A stretch of DNA of 46,963 bases from Chromera velia. Taxonomy: Eukaryota. Below, piece by piece: positions 32,892-46,898 of this stretch. The DNA is taken from NCBI GenBank assembly GCA_018398765.1, contig JAHBMJ010000473.1, positions 1-46,963 of the forward strand, in the 5' to 3' direction. A program made the translations under genes and the position numbers. A model generated the notes under the pieces. It worked only from the letters and a program-made list of their open reading frames with translations. It did no database searches and was not told where the DNA came from. Each line of letters opens with the position of its first letter. The stretch's first letter is position 1.

Positions 32892-34631
32892 CACTGTGAG
32901 AGAGAATAGGGGATCGACTGATGCACGCATGAATGTCCACCAGAGACAGAGTCACCGACTCACCGTGTCAGCCTGTCTCTCTTTGACAGAGGCATCTATA
33001 GCGTCTGCAACTACAGTCTCGTCCCACTGACCCCACCCATCCTGTGAAGAGGGAAGGAGAGAAAGGGAGTCGTCTGTCAGTGCTCGCTCACAGAGAGGAA
33101 CGGAAGGGAGACAAATAGGCCGGCAGAAAAATGCAGAAAGACACCGACAGTGAGGCAAAATATGTTTTGTTTCCTTGCCCCCTCTCACACAGACAGGATG
33201 CCAAAAAGCCAGCCATATTGTGGCAGACAGAAGAGGGGTCATACACACATCAAGACAGACGCAGACATGCAGACGGGATCACTAGAATACCCGACACGCC
33301 GCACCTGCATGCGGTCGTCGTTCAGTGTCGTGACGCGTTCTGAGGGGATTCCGAAGGACTCGGCGGCCTTCGTCAGCTCCTTCTCACGCACAGAACCGAG
33401 ACCCGCAAAGTTGCCTGCAATGATGGACGGACGGGGCAAGAGCATGAACATACATACATCTTACTGTGTGTATAACTTTAGCGTGACGATCAGTGTGGCT
33501 AAAAATGTCACTATTATACAGAGGCACAGCCACCCTCAGGTGAGTGCCTTATTGGGTGTTCACTCAGGCAGCGGTACTTGAAAATCACGTGCAGGCAGAA
33601 TTCTTCTGCGATCGAATTTCCGATACTTCTCAGGGCCTCGGATTTACCCGAGCTGCCCTCCGAGGACGCACAAACTTAATTCTCATACTTGCCTTCGCGC
33701 GCGAACAAACTTGTTCATACACACACGCACGCACACAGCACATACACACACATCGAAACATAGGGCGAGGCGGTGAGGGAGGGCGGAGACAGAAAGAGAG
33801 GCATCGTCGGAAGGGATACATAAAGGGAACGACACTAACCGACGGACCATTGCTCAGGCAGAGGATTGAGACTTCTTTCGTCTGCCCCCTCTCTCCGTTC
33901 AGACTTTGGAGAAGCTTCAGCGTTGGACTGAAGAACATGCTCTGCAAGAAGGTAGGCAGGGAGGCAGGGAAAAATGAAGAAGGGAAAGGGGGGAGAGACA
34001 GGTGCGAAGGCAGAGCAAGGGAAACAGCCAAGGGCGTCACTCATGATAGTATTGTCAGGTGCACGGACGCGGAAAAAAAGAGTGTGATCATGAGAGAACG
34101 TTCGTCCGTGTTTGTGCACACCTGCGTGCAGGCGCGCGCTTTGTGTGTGAGACAGAGAGGAAGATAGAGAGGGACTGGGGGATTTTGGGGGGTGGGGAGT
34201 GGGAGTGGGAGAGGGAGAGGGAGAGTGTGTGCATGTTTGCTCCGACCACTCATAGGAAAAAATAGGTACATCAGACAACAGCCGTCTACGTGCATGTAGA
34301 CACTGAAAGCAGCACAGCGAAGAGAAGCCACAGAATCACTGTGGAGTCTTCAAAACAGCAAGCAGGTGCGCCTACTGCCATCTGCAGCATCTCCCCCCCC
34401 AATTGTCCTTCTCCTGCCCCAACTGCCGCTGCTGACCTCATCGTCTGGGTGTGCAATCACCAGAAGGACTCTCTTGGCTTCTTTCAGGAAAAGAGAGCTT
34501 CTGGACCGCCGCAAGATTCCAACTGCCACCATGATCAGAACCTGGATGGCCCCAGCAACACAGAAAATGGTCACGTAAGTCTGCACCATGCCCGCGCTGC
34601 CGGGCCCCCTGCTGTCTTGACCTCCGCCCAT
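30060..34631 (-). CDS. PIGL: N-acetylglucosaminyl-phosphatidylinositol de-N-acetylase (GPI biosynthesis), 9 exons
   Basis: Exons 34631-34437, 33941-33848, 33414-33305, 33041-32964, 31933-31866, 31487-31344, 31187-31005, 30473-30411, 30102-30060. Motifs: N-terminal TM, LVIAHPDDESMFFSPT, LCLSNGNFAGLGSVREKEL, ILTFDALGVSGHPNH, HWSQFVWYRLLFVLFSCYAYGN. Confidence 0.93.
32085..32366. other. Assembly gap (N run) inside a PIG-L intron
   Basis: 282 N bases flanked by poly-C. Confidence 1.
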
Positions 34632-35075
34632 CACGGACCCGTCTCGTCTCCTGTGCAACTCCAACCACACGTGTTGTTCAGCAGCAACCAAGGCAAATAG
34701 TGCACTGGAAGATGCACAAGTCAGCAACGATGTGTGCTGGTGGCGTACAGCGGCGGAGTGACCCATAATCGTGTCACATCGTGTCACAATGTACGTCTTT
34801 ACATACATAGCTGTCCGTAAAATTAAGAATTCCGAGGTAATACTCGGCGATTTCTCGCTCTCATTGCGCGCGGCGGTACACCATGGTGCGTCAACATGCA
34901 GAGACGCCTTGTACGCGCAGCAGCGCGAGTCATGCATGGCGATACTGCAGCCGACTGGTCTATACGGGAATTATAATGGGATTCCATGTGCAAGACTGCG
35001 ATCATCCGGCCAAGCTCCGCTAGCACTCTACTCAACGACCGTACTAGAAAGAGCGAAGAAGGGAGAAAGGCAATC

Positions 35076-36889
35076 ATGTTGAGACTTGGCGTGGCTCGGG
35101 GTGCCGCTTCCTGTTGTGCTGTCACAAGGAGTCTTCTTCCTCTTCGAGGGCCGAGGCAGCAGGTGGCAGCGGTTGTGAGACCGTGCAGAAGCACTTTCCA
35201 CCCCTCCTCAGTACACCTTCAGAGTCGAAGCATTTCTCTCTCACGACCGTCTCTCCACATTGGGGAGTGGGACGAGTCTGCAAAGAAAATGTGAGTGCAG
35301 GAGACGATGTGCCGTCTCCTTTGATAAGATCTTCCGATGAGACTCTTCTTCCAGAAAAGAAACCCAAGCGAGGTAATTCGCCCTGCTGATATGTTTGCTT
35401 CTTTGCAGAACACTTCACTTTGTCGAAAAAGGAGGGGAGGAGAAGGCCGTCCAGGCACCAATAGGCGCCAACATCCTTGAAGTGTGCCACAGGGAAGGTC
35501 TCGATGTCGAAGGTTCGTCCGTCTCCTTACCCCTTTCCCTTAGCCTCTTCACTGCCTTTTCTGTTTGTCATCGGAGACGGTTTGTGACAGAGATGACGGT
35601 TTGTGACAGAGATAAGAGGATGAGAAGAAATTCATTTTCCGTCTCTTCGGTTGTGCCGGTGCATCCAGCGTCCCCCCGGCCCGTCTATGTGATGTCCACT
35701 GTATGTCTTGGCGTGCGTAAAGTTGCAGCATTCAACCATGACGCCCATTTTGATGACATGCCCATTCTTCTCGTGTTTGCTCTTGTGCTGCTTTCTCACT
35801 CCCCGTCTCTCCGTCTCTACGTCTGCGTCTTTCCCTGTCTCTCTGCCTAAATCTTCGTCTCCATTTGTCTCCGAGCCATCCAAGTGTCCATCGGATTTTT
35901 ATTTCAGTTCGCTTCCCGCCTTTTGATTCCTTTAGCGCTCCGCCGCTTGCTTTGAATTGATGCGAAGGTGGCTGTCTGCCTGTCTGTTGAATGAATGGCC
36001 CGATTTTACCTTACCTTTTTGACGTACCTCTGTCGCGAAGTTTTTTGAAAGAAGAACTGTTTTTTGGGGGGGTACTTGGAAGATGAAGGGGGGGCTCCCT
36101 CTATCGGATTGATTGCCCTTGCGTGGCATTGTCTTCCTCGGCCATTCAGCCCGGCAACCGCTCGCTCCCTTCATTAGCCTTTCCTTTTTTGTATCCAATG
36201 TATTCCTGCCCTGAAGTTCTCATTCTGTGTATTCCCGTGCTCATCTGCGTGGGATCTCCTCTTCATTGCACACAAACGGAAATCGTGTGGAACGAAGTTG
36301 AGATGTCTTCCTAGGTTTCAGCCTCCCTCTCTGTCCATCTGCGCGTTTTGGGCATTCCCTTTGTGTATACTTGCAAACAAATCTATGTATATCAGTATGA
36401 AAACGTATGTATGTCTGTTTCGTATATGTACTACACACATTGTTCGCGCGCATGCAGGAGCATGTGAGGCCTCCCTTGCGTGTTCCACTTGTCACCTGAT
36501 TGTGGACAAGGAGGAGGACTTTGACCGTTTGGGAGAGGTCTTTGAGTTGACAGAGAGGGAAGAGGACATGCTCGACATGGCACCGGGACTCACAGACACG
36601 TCAGTCAGTCAGTCAGTCAGTCAGGTGCCAAGCTTCTCTTCTTCGATTTCGAACATCGTTGAATTGATGGCGATACGCTCAGGGCATTTTTTGTTTGATT
36701 GTGGAATCGCCCTTCTTACAGAGCTGTGTGGATAATCAGTCTCTTCATTGCTCTTAAATTCATCAGAGCCTCCTAGTCGGTCTCTGTGTAGGTTTTGGAA
36801 GAGGTCCCTCCTTTCTTTCCTTCCTTCTTCCCTTATTCCCTTCCTCCCTTCCTCCCTTCTGTTTTTCTGTGTTTCCTTTTTTTTTTTTC

Positions 36890-36920
<31 letters not shown>

Positions 36921-37244
36921 TTCTTTCTTTTCTTTCTTTTCTTTCTTTCTTTCTTTCTTTCTTCTTTCGTTCGTTCGTCCGTCCGTCCTTTCGTTCGTCC
37001 GTTCGTTTGTTCGTCCTTTCGTTCGTCCGTTCCTTTTTTCCCCATGTGAATTGATACACGGACTTGGTGTTCGTTCCTTCGTGTGTTTCTTTCATGGGGG
37101 AGTTCAGTGATTCTCCTCGTCAACCGAAGTCGCTCGGCATTCAGATCGCTCCCTCTGTGTGAGTTGGTTGTGGCTGTGTGCCCATTTCGCCGCAGGTAGA
37201 TCACATCACGTCCCCGTCATCCCCAAACCGTTTGTGTCCATACA

Positions 37245-37287
<43 letters not shown>

Positions 37288-37402
37288 GTCGCGTCTCTGT
37301 TGTCAACTGATCGCGTGTGAGGAGATGGACGGAATGGTCTTCAGGCTTCCTTTCGCGACGCGAAACTTTTATGTGGACGGACATAAGCCATCTCCACACT
37401 AG
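35076..37402 (+). CDS. FDX2: Mitochondrial adrenodoxin-type [2Fe-2S] ferredoxin (FDX2/Yah1-like), 4 exons, 191 aa
   Basis: Exons 35076-35290, 35409-35512, 36458-36599, 37288-37402. Arg/Ser-rich presequence; [36 protein letters not shown] and C-terminal [15 protein letters not shown]. Confidence 0.95.
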
Positions 37403-40246
37403 CTGGCTGGCTGTCTGGTTGGCTCGGCAGAGGGGAGTGAAACAGAAAGTATGCAAGAGTATGTATGTATGAAGAATGCGAGGATGAATGAATGACTGTC
37501 CACGTACCCCCAAAGCTGCGTCCCCTGGAGAGAGAGAGAGAGAGAGACAGAGAGAGATGTCATCTCCGTATGAATTGATTGGTGAATCTCGATAATGAAG
37601 AACTATGCGCAAAGGGTAAGAGAGACAACGACAGTCAGTCAGAGATGGTGAGAATTCATTCAAGGTCATGCAGTGAAGTCCCTTGCTAGAGACACAAAGA
37701 GAGACTCTCACTGGGAGAGGAGAGAGAGGGAGAGTACAAGCGAAGACGACAGAGAGGGAAGAGGAAGGAAGGAAGGACAGGAACGAGGATAGAGGCCGGA
37801 TGTCGAGGAGAAAGCCGCTATCGCCTGTGCTCGCAAATGGTCCGATGGGCAGAGCTGACTTGCGTAGTTGATTTAATGCTTCTTTGAATTGTGATTGCAG
37901 CACTGCAATGTCTGCACATGTCTGCACGACATCAATGTGTCTTACGCGGTCGTTTGGCCTGGCTGGCAGTGGCTGCCAGAAGAAAGGTGTAAAAAAGCAT
38001 GCTGTTCTCATTTGAATCGGCATTGGCATAAATTTCAAATATACTGTGTGTTATGGTATGCAAAATTGGAAAGACATCATTGCCGCTAGCATTGCCGCTT
38101 TTGGCTTCGCGGTCAAGCCTATAGGGTCGGACGTGAATCATTGTGATGATGACCATTCAGGCCCAAAATTTTTATGATAACATTGCTTCCATGCATGTAG
38201 GCTGTAGGCTATATATAGCATGCAAGGTTGTTAATCACCCCAAACTGCAACGCGTATAAATACCGGCGGAATTAAACCAAATAAAAACACTTCCAAAGTT
38301 CGTATTTTAAAAGTTAATTTTAGTAATTTTGGGTCATTTTTGTGTGTGTTTGGCGCTAGCTGCGCGCTGGTACAAAACCTAGTACAAAAGTTACACAAAA
38401 CCAATTATTTTGCCGTATTTTTAAAACTTTTAAATTTTATTATCAAATTTGGTATAAAATAGTATAAAAAGAATCGTAAAAAGATTATAATTTATCTTTA
38501 TAGTAGAGTTTAGTAGCTAGAGTTACAAAAAAAAATGAAATAAATTAGACTTTAATTGCTAAACAAATGAATTGTACTAGAAATTGTAGTGCCACTATTG
38601 TCTTCTATTGCCCAGCTTGAGACTATTCAAGTTGTACAGTAAATTGCAACGGAATTAATTTTAAAAGGTGGAACTAGAGCTAGAACTAGAGTTTTAATGA
38701 TATAGTTATATCTAGAGTTATGATGATGAGAGTTACATTCTAGATACAGTACACTGTACACCAATGTAACACCATTAATGAATATCTGTGAATAGATGAA
38801 GTTGAATGTTAAACAGTTGTTAAGACTTTTAGTACACAAATTCAATTCAGAGGCCTGCTCGATCCCCGTAGTTAGAGCAGTCCAGCACGACGAACTTGAA
38901 TTCTGAATGCGTCGATCGACATGCACATGACGTTCTCACTACTTTTGAATTGGTGGAACACAGCGCAGCGGCGCCGCAGCCGCAACTATGCGAGGGGAAT
39001 GGGAAAAGAAGCTGTTCATGCAAGCAAGAATTGCGGGACGGAAAAAAGAAAAACCGTTCTAGATCCAGGGAAGAAGAGAGAGAGAGAGAGAAGCGCTGCA
39101 TCGATCGGTACATTCATGCATGAAGGTCGCAGCTGCAGCTCATACATGCATGAAAGAACAAGCAGCAACGTGCGTCGATGGATCGATCAATGAAAATTAC
39201 CCCCCCACCCTCCCGTTTCCTTCTCTCCTCGCCCCCTTGCAAGGCAGGCAAGAGACAGGCAGTAAACCAGTACCGCATGTGCCCGTATATATGCCGTGTC
39301 ATCTATCCATTCACAAGCTCGGAGCCATCTCAATTGAGTCCATCCCCTCCAAGCCGCTTGGTTCTGCCACCCTCAAAGTTTGCACTCCCTCTTTGCCCCC
39401 CTCCGAGACAAAGAGGGAGGGAGTCTGTTTCGTTGAACTCTTCTCACAGCCGACGGCCTGGTTGCGCGCCAGTGAGAAAGGAAAACAGACCGAGGAGAGA
39501 ATCAAAGGGAGGAAAGAAAGCCTCCCTCCGCCAAGAGAAGATCCATCAAGCGAGGAAAATTCTTTCTTTTGTGTGCTTGTCCGGTCAACAGACACAAAGA
39601 AAGGCACAAAGCAAGGGAAAGGAAAGGAAAGAAAGAGAGAAAAAAAGGAACGAAGGGAGGAAGCGTCGTGAAGAGACAGCAGACAGGAAGGCAGAATGAA
39701 TTTTTCAAGAGGTAGTTGAAAAAGGACCCTCAAGTCTCTTTCTGTTGACCACTTTCCACCCAGAGCCGACTACTGGTGAACGGACATGCATGCAAACATG
39801 CATACCGATATTTATTTTCCTTTTTCTTTCCTGTCTGCCCTGTCGACATTGCGCGAAGACGCCCCCCTCCCCTCTCTGTGTGTCTCTCTCTCTCTTCTCA
39901 TCTCGACTTTGTTCAGTTCGGGCCGATTGATCGGGGCATCATGTGAATCTCGGGTCGATCTCTTGATTGATCTGTTGCTCGGTCAGACGCCTACAGAAAG
40001 AGTATGTGTGAACGAGAAAAGGAAGGGACGACAAAAAGAATTGCATCCCTCTCTCCTTTTTCTGACTCTCCCTGAGATGTCATGTCACTCCACGACCTTC
40101 CTTCACTCTCTCCCTTTCTCTCTACTCTCTTTCTACTTGTTCATATTTTATTGTCTCTTCCCTAGCGTCTCCCTCTTCTTGTATGAGGTGCCACTGCACC
40201 CCTGGCAGCAACCCCCCCTCTTTTCTCCCTTGCGTCACTCTCCCAT

Positions 40247-43200
40247 TCAGCGCCTGCTCGCACGTGTCACTGCCGGATGCTGCACCCGCGCATGGCTCGG
40301 GAGAGTGGGGGAGAGAGAGACTGCGAGTTGTCCACCAGAAAGAGGAACCCCACCAGGACCACCGGGTGCGGGCTGACGGGAGTGGGCGGACGACTGCGGG
40401 TGGGCTGCTGCGATTGTGGGCTGGGGCGTGAGGACACCCCCTGCGTGCGTCACTGCAGCCCCGGGCGTCGGTGCAAGTGGGTGATGCGAGAGGGGGTGGG
40501 GGTACCTGGGATGGGGCATCGGGCTGTTTCCCATGGGCCCTGCGGAGGCGCCTGTGACTGCAGACTGTAGGTGGTGGGGAGGGGGGGCGGGAATTGCGTG
40601 GAAGACGTGATGGCGCCATTGGGATCCCCCCACAGCAGCTGTTTGCTGTTGCTGTTGGGGGTTTGTGTTGAACTGGTGGTGTGTTGAGGGCTGCACGTAG
40701 GCGCCCATAGCGACAGAGGGCATGTGAAATTGGGAGGCGGACGTTGTGGCATTGGAGGTGAACGGCAGTTGAGACGTCATAGCGACGTTTCCTGAAGTTG
40801 GCTGCTTGCCCACAGAGAGACGATGTTGGCTTGAGGAACCGTCTCTCTCCTGAGACAGAGACAGGCTGTCACCCATGGGGCCTTCCACAGACTGCCGGAC
40901 CTGCAGGCACATGCACCGAGGGCGCATGCAGACAAAGAAAGAAAAGAAAGAAAGAAAGAAAGAAAGAAACAGACACGCAAACAAACCAACACATCAACTT
41001 CGTCATACATACCGTAGACATCACAAGAAGAGACGGACCGGAAGTCAAAGGCAAAAACGACATATCATTCTTCACCCACAGCTTTGATCCAAAGTTGGAC
41101 CGTCTCAGTAAAGTGAGATTTGCGAAACTTTGCAGCATTCACGTACATTCTGGAATCATTTTCTCTCTTTCACGGACCTTTGCGGATCCATCCGGGGCCA
41201 CTGCAGAGAGGGGGGGGCCTTGGTGAGACATCGTGCGGGCAGAGGCGAACCCCGACAGCTGGCTGTGTTGGGTCAGACTGCCGCCCACGGGGGGCTGTAT
41301 CATGAGACCTGCTGGGGCCTCGCCAGGACGGGCCCCGGCGGCTGGATTGGGCCCTCGGCCCGCAGTCGAGAGGGAAAGCGGGTACAGGGCAAAGGAGGAA
41401 TGGGGGGCCCCCGCTGCTGGAATGGGTGAGTCTGTGAAGGAGCCTGAGTGGAACGTCCGAGGGGCCCCGGCTGCGGGTTGTTGTCTTGACCCCCCCGGGG
41501 GTATTGCTTGGTGCTGGTGGTGGAGTTGCGGTGGCTGTTGCTGGGGGTGGAGACGGGAAGACGACGAATGGAGAACAGCGGGGATCTGTCCATTTAGAGA
41601 GGCAGACTGTGCGTTGCTGCTGTCGGATGTGGGCAGACAGAGGACGGGGACAGTGGCGGGCCGGTTGAATACCCCCCCGCCCCCCCTGGCTGCAGCAACA
41701 CCTGTGAGGGAAGCCGCGCTCCCTCCTGCCGCCGTCTCCTTCTCCGGTCGACTTTTCGATTTCGGTGAAATCAATTGGTGTATCATCTGAGGAGGAGGGG
41801 GGCTCACCTCACTGTCACTTTGCTGGTTCTTCGCGCTTCGTTCTCCTCTCATCTGCATCTGCATGGCCTGCTCCCTAGTTCTTCCCCTCTGCAAATGGAG
41901 AGGATAATTGTGCCCCCGAGGAGACTGCCCTTCCCTTTCCCCATCTTCATCCCCATACCCTGCCCTCGGTCCCGCCTCATTGCTGGACCCCGGCACTTTC
42001 CGAGTAGAGGGCCCCGGCGATCCGTCTGCAAGAAGGGACAAAGACCCCACAGGAGGGCGCACTACGCCTGCCTGTCCGATCCGGTGCCTCCCTTCTTCCC
42101 CCCCCAAGGCCGAGGGAGGAATCACAGAGCTGCCCGCTTTCGGAGGTCCGACTGAGGGGACGACATGCCCCCCTACAGGGATCTCCTGGGACGACTGCCC
42201 TACAGCAGAGGAACGAAGGGCAGCAAAGGCAGACGCCCCCCCGGCACCTCCCTTCAACGCGTGCTGCTGCTGGGGGACAGGACGAGAAGGTGCTCTGCCC
42301 CTCGCCGCAGCTCGGGTACCTCGAGCCCCCGTGGCGGCGCCTCCCCTCTGGGCCCCCTGGCGGAGGGGCGCCGCCGCAGACGCTGCTGGCAGAGAGCGGT
42401 TTCGCTGCACTCCATTGAGTGCCGATGGAACAACACCCTTCCCTATGGGCGTGCCTGGGCCCTTCCCCGTCCCCCTGGAAGAATTCGGGGGAACGCCCAA
42501 CGCAGGGCCCTGACCTCGGCCTGCAGCCCCACCACGGGGGCCTGCCGCAGCGTTACGGACGGCCGTCCGGAGCCCCCCCGGCCCTTTCGGCTGTGTTCTG
42601 TCTCCCCGACTCCCTGCCCCCTCTGACCCTGGGTCTGACGTTCTCTCTGCACTCTCCTCTACACCCGGGACCGAGGCACGGGAAGGGCCCCGGAAGGCCC
42701 CGGCATTCCCTGTCCTCAGGGCGTATGCATTCTTCCTTGGAGGACCCACATGCCCCGGCGGCCCTGTCTGCATTCTTCTCACAGCGTTCTGCCCACCCCC
42801 CTGTACGCCTGTGTGGGCTGCTGAGGAACCGGGGGGGGCACGCACACCCCCACCCCCTCCGACAGGACCTCCCAGTGTCCCTCTGCGAGCTGAGAGGGCC
42901 ACAGTGACGGCGGGGGGCGCTGGTGCGTGTTGTGCAGCTGCAGTGTTGCAAGCTGCTACAGCCGCTGACGGGTGGAGCGGAATTTGAACGACAGCAGAGG
43001 CGCGAGGAACCGCTCCGCGTCTCCCTTCTCTTTCTCTCTCCCTCTGTCTCATGCGTGCCTCTCGCTCTTTCTGCACAATCTGCTGAGTCTCTGCAACCCC
43101 CCCTCTTGGCGCCGGGTTGAAATTCTTAAACGTCTGCGAGGGTACCGGGGCCCTGCCTGTCGCATCCTTGCTGCCTGGTGCGTGCGTGTGCATCTGCTTT

Positions 43201-44503
43201 TTGAGGACTGGGGCCGCAGAGGGCGACTGGTGCTGTTGCTGTTGGGGGGCAGAAAGTGGAGGCACGATCGAGGGTCGGAGGCCGGAGGGAATCTCCGAAC
43301 AACCAGACGCTCCCCTTCTTTCTCCCTCCGGTGAACCTGTCGGCTGCTGTTTCTTCTCACTCACAGGCTCTTTCTCCTTCTCCTTCTGCGTGCGGCTTCT
43401 GTACCCCGGGAAGGTAATCAGACATCCCGAGGGGGAGCCTGAGGGAGACCTTGTGTTGCTGTAGGACGGGGCGCCCTTCATCTCCTGGCTGTTTCGTGTG
43501 ACTGCAGGAGAGCCTGAGTCAACATGGTCTGGGGCAGGGGGAGACGGGGACCGTTGGGCAGCCTCCTCTCTCTCTCTGGGCTGAAGAGAGGAGAGCCCCA
43601 GTGGATGGTCTGTTCCGTCTTGGGTGGGTGACCTCTCCCTCACCCTCCTTTCTTTTTCTCTGTCCTCCTCCATCTGAACCACCTTGGCTCGGAGCGTGTG
43701 GAGCTCTTCGAGAAGCTCGGGGGAGAGCTGCTGAGAGGAAGAGGAGGAAGACGTCTCTCCCTTCCGAGCAACAGCATCTGGAGAATGAAGCGGCTTGTCT
43801 CGCTCGGCTCTCGTTGCATTCCTGCATTAAGTGAAGCACACAAGATCAGAGACATGAAGGGATGGGGTGTGAGTGGAGAACGGCAGACAGAGAACGACAG
43901 CGGATGAAGCAGACGGACAAAGGAAGATGGCTAGGGGAGAGAGCAGAAGTCCGGTCTGATCAAGCAGACAGAACAGCAAAGACGTGAAGAGGCAGAAAAC
44001 GTACAGAGTGGGTATGCAGATAGAGAGAGGACAAGGACAGAGAGAGAATCAATCGACTGACGGCTTGCTGCTGCTGCTGGAGGAAGAGACGCCTGACGAG
44101 TGCACCAGATCAGCCTCGAATTCCCTCAGCGCACGTTCGAGTTCATCTAACTCTCTCTTTTCGTTACTTTGATGATCACAAAGGACAGACTCCAAATCCA
44201 CCAGACCGAGAAAAGATCTGATGTCGCCATGTACACCCATCAGGTCAACATCAACCTCCCCCTTTCCCCCTTTTTGCCTCTTCCCCTTCTCCTTCAGGTA
44301 TCTCTCTCTGTCCGAGAGGAGAACCCGAATCAGGCCCTTGCACCTCGCGATATACGAACCCAGCTGAGGTACAAGAGAGTCCACACGACATGAGAGGTCA
44401 GTGAGGAGGCTGTGGCTTTCCGCAAGTTTGCGTTTTGCCCGACTCTGCAGAGAGGTCAGTCAAGTGAGACAAAAGAAAAAAAATCCATTGAGCACAAGAA
44501 AGC

Positions 44504-44535
<32 letters not shown>

Positions 44536-46183
44536 AACACACACACAAATACAACGGAGAAAGTGGGAAGCTGGACAGGGAAGAAACGAGGGGCAGAGAG
44601 AGAGCAATGACACACATAATCATGCACATACACATACATACACAAACGAGAGAGCCAGAAAGCAGTTTGAGAGAGAGAAAGGCGCAGACACGGACACACA
44701 GAAAGAGTGATAGAGGGGGTGGGGAGCCTGCAAACAAACTCAGCAAGAGGCAGGCTAAACTAGGAAGAGAGCTATAGGCTTGCTGTAAGATGAGAGCTCT
44801 TTTCTCTACAATCGTCTTCTCCCTCCTTTTTCTGCCAGTCTTATCCCACGTTTCGAATATCAATCCTATTTCTCTACCCTGCAGGCCCACCTGTATCTCC
44901 TTGACAAGGTGAACAAGCAGCGGCTTGCTCTCCTCCACCAGCACCTCCACACTCTGCTCTGCCTCCGCAATGCCTCCCGAAGACACACTCTTCGTCTCTC
45001 CTCCCAAAACCTCACCAACCCCCTCTCTGCCCTTCTCTGCCGATATGGAAGAGTCCTTGCAGACATGACGTGCCGCCAGAAATTCCATCTGTGCACGGAA
45101 TGCGGAGCTTTTGGGGAACCGCCCATACTTGACGGCTTCATCAGAGGGACGGTCGTTTGGCAAAGGGACCCTGTCGTGTGCGGGGTTCCATCTACCGTCG
45201 TTTGCATTTGGGTTTTGCCAAGTGTGGCTCTCCCTGCTATCCGAATCTTTTATCAACTGCCATGCTGCCTTGGCTTGCTGAACCATAGAGCGGTCATCAT
45301 TTGCAATGTATCTCTCCCTCTCCTCCGTCTGCTGCTGCCGTCTCTCCAAGAGGGCACGGTGCAGGTTCCCTGTGAGTTCGTTTGGGGCCCCCGAAAGCTT
45401 CCAATTTTGTGCTTCCAGGGACCTCTCACGAGACAGGGCGCGCCGTCTCTCCCTTCTTCTGGCCCTCTCTGAAGAAGTGTAGCGGCTGTCTGGCGTTGGG
45501 TCGCGGTCCTTGTCTGTCTCTACTCCCTCCCCCCTTTGAACTTTATCTTCGTCCCACACGCATTGAGGGACTAGGTCCGACAAAATATGCTCTAGAGGTT
45601 CTCCTTCATCGTACCGCTGGATATCGTGCAGCCTTCTCAGGTGCTCCATCTCTCCGTCAACTGTCTTGTCAAAGGCAAACATCGGGAGGGGCTGGGTCCT
45701 CACCGTCATCCTCGACGGTTGCTGAACAGGTGGCTGGATATACTCTGCCCCTACTGTTTGGGTGGGGTCTGGCTGCTGCACTTGCGCGGCTGCCTGGGGG
45801 TATCCTGGAGGCGGATGGAGGCCAGGGGGGGGTGCGAGGCCGGGGGGAAGGGCTAGGCCTGGTGGGGGAATCATTACGTGGGAAGACGGGAGGGCTTGAG
45901 GCAGAGACTCAGAGGTCAACCCGGTGCTTTCCACTGTAATGATTGGGTACGGTCTCGGCGGGCGTTGTGACGCTGCGGCTGCGGCATCGTCGGGTACAAA
46001 ACCAGAGGGGTTCGTGCAATATAACATATAGGAGGCAGCTGCCTGGTCTGTGGTGTAAGTCCCTGCTGCAGCTGCGAGGTCGGCGTGTGTGTAGACACCT
46101 GCAGCTGCTGAGGCATGAGGCAGATCGATGAAGGCAGAGGAGGACGAACTGGAGGAACTGGAAGACGGTTGCTCCTCCGACAT
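40247..46183 (-). CDS. Large low-complexity hypothetical protein (~1650 aa), 4 exons
   Basis: Phase-consistent exons 46183-44891, 44444-44062, 43821-41178, 40900-40247 join the 555, 111, 847 and 245 aa ORFs. The protein is Pro/Gly/Ala/Gln-rich with a central charged helical segment and no recognised domain. Confidence 0.75.
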
Positions 46184-46663
46184 GGCAGTGTCTGACACAA
46201 AATCGGCGCTGTGTCAACGTAGAAAGTCTCAGCTGACTGCTTATTCTTTGACCCTCTCAGACGAGAGCTTGTCAAGGAAACAGTTCTCTGCAGCAGCAGA
46301 AAAGGATTTGGAGCTAGAAGAAACTCTCGTTCAGGTTGCAGAACGCGGTGAGAAATCCATACTCGAAGCAGAGACTTGCGGCTTCAAATAGAGACGTTTA
46401 AAAGGCGAGAGCGTACTGCAACAGATTGTGGGAAATGATGGGGAATGGACTCGCTTTGCCTGAATTACAATGAAGCAGATCAGCAGTCACCTGAAGTCAT
46501 GTCAGAGATTGTCAGATCGAGCTAGCTATATAGCTGTACGTATCGCTCGCGAGCAGAATGCAGCAGATTTAATTGTTGCTTGTGGGGCACGTATCCAAAA
46601 CCTTGGAATGCATGCATGCATGGCTCGTGGCGCCATGCATCTGACGCAAGCAAGCTTGCGAAC

Positions 46664-46898
46664 GGCCCCGGAAAGCAAGAAAAATGAGAACTTCACGATT
46701 GACGCACGCCGGCCAGCCGACCGGGCGGTCGCGCCGAACCCCCCCCCCGCGGGAAAAGCCGCAGAACCCCCCCTCCCCCAGGAAAAAAGCCCGGGGATGC
46801 AGCCTATCGCTTTCCGGGGCCACTGACGCACGCATGCATGACGACGCGGGTTCATGCACGCTTTTCTGGACCATTTGGGGCGGGATCTTTCCGGGGCC
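46664..46898. promoter_or_regulatory. Candidate cis-element GGCCCCGGAAAG (3 copies here, 1 at 23561-23572)
   Basis: The exact 12-mer occurs at 46664 (+), 46810-46821 (-), 46887-46898 (-) and 23561 (+). Each copy lies a few hundred bp upstream of a gene start. Confidence 0.4.
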
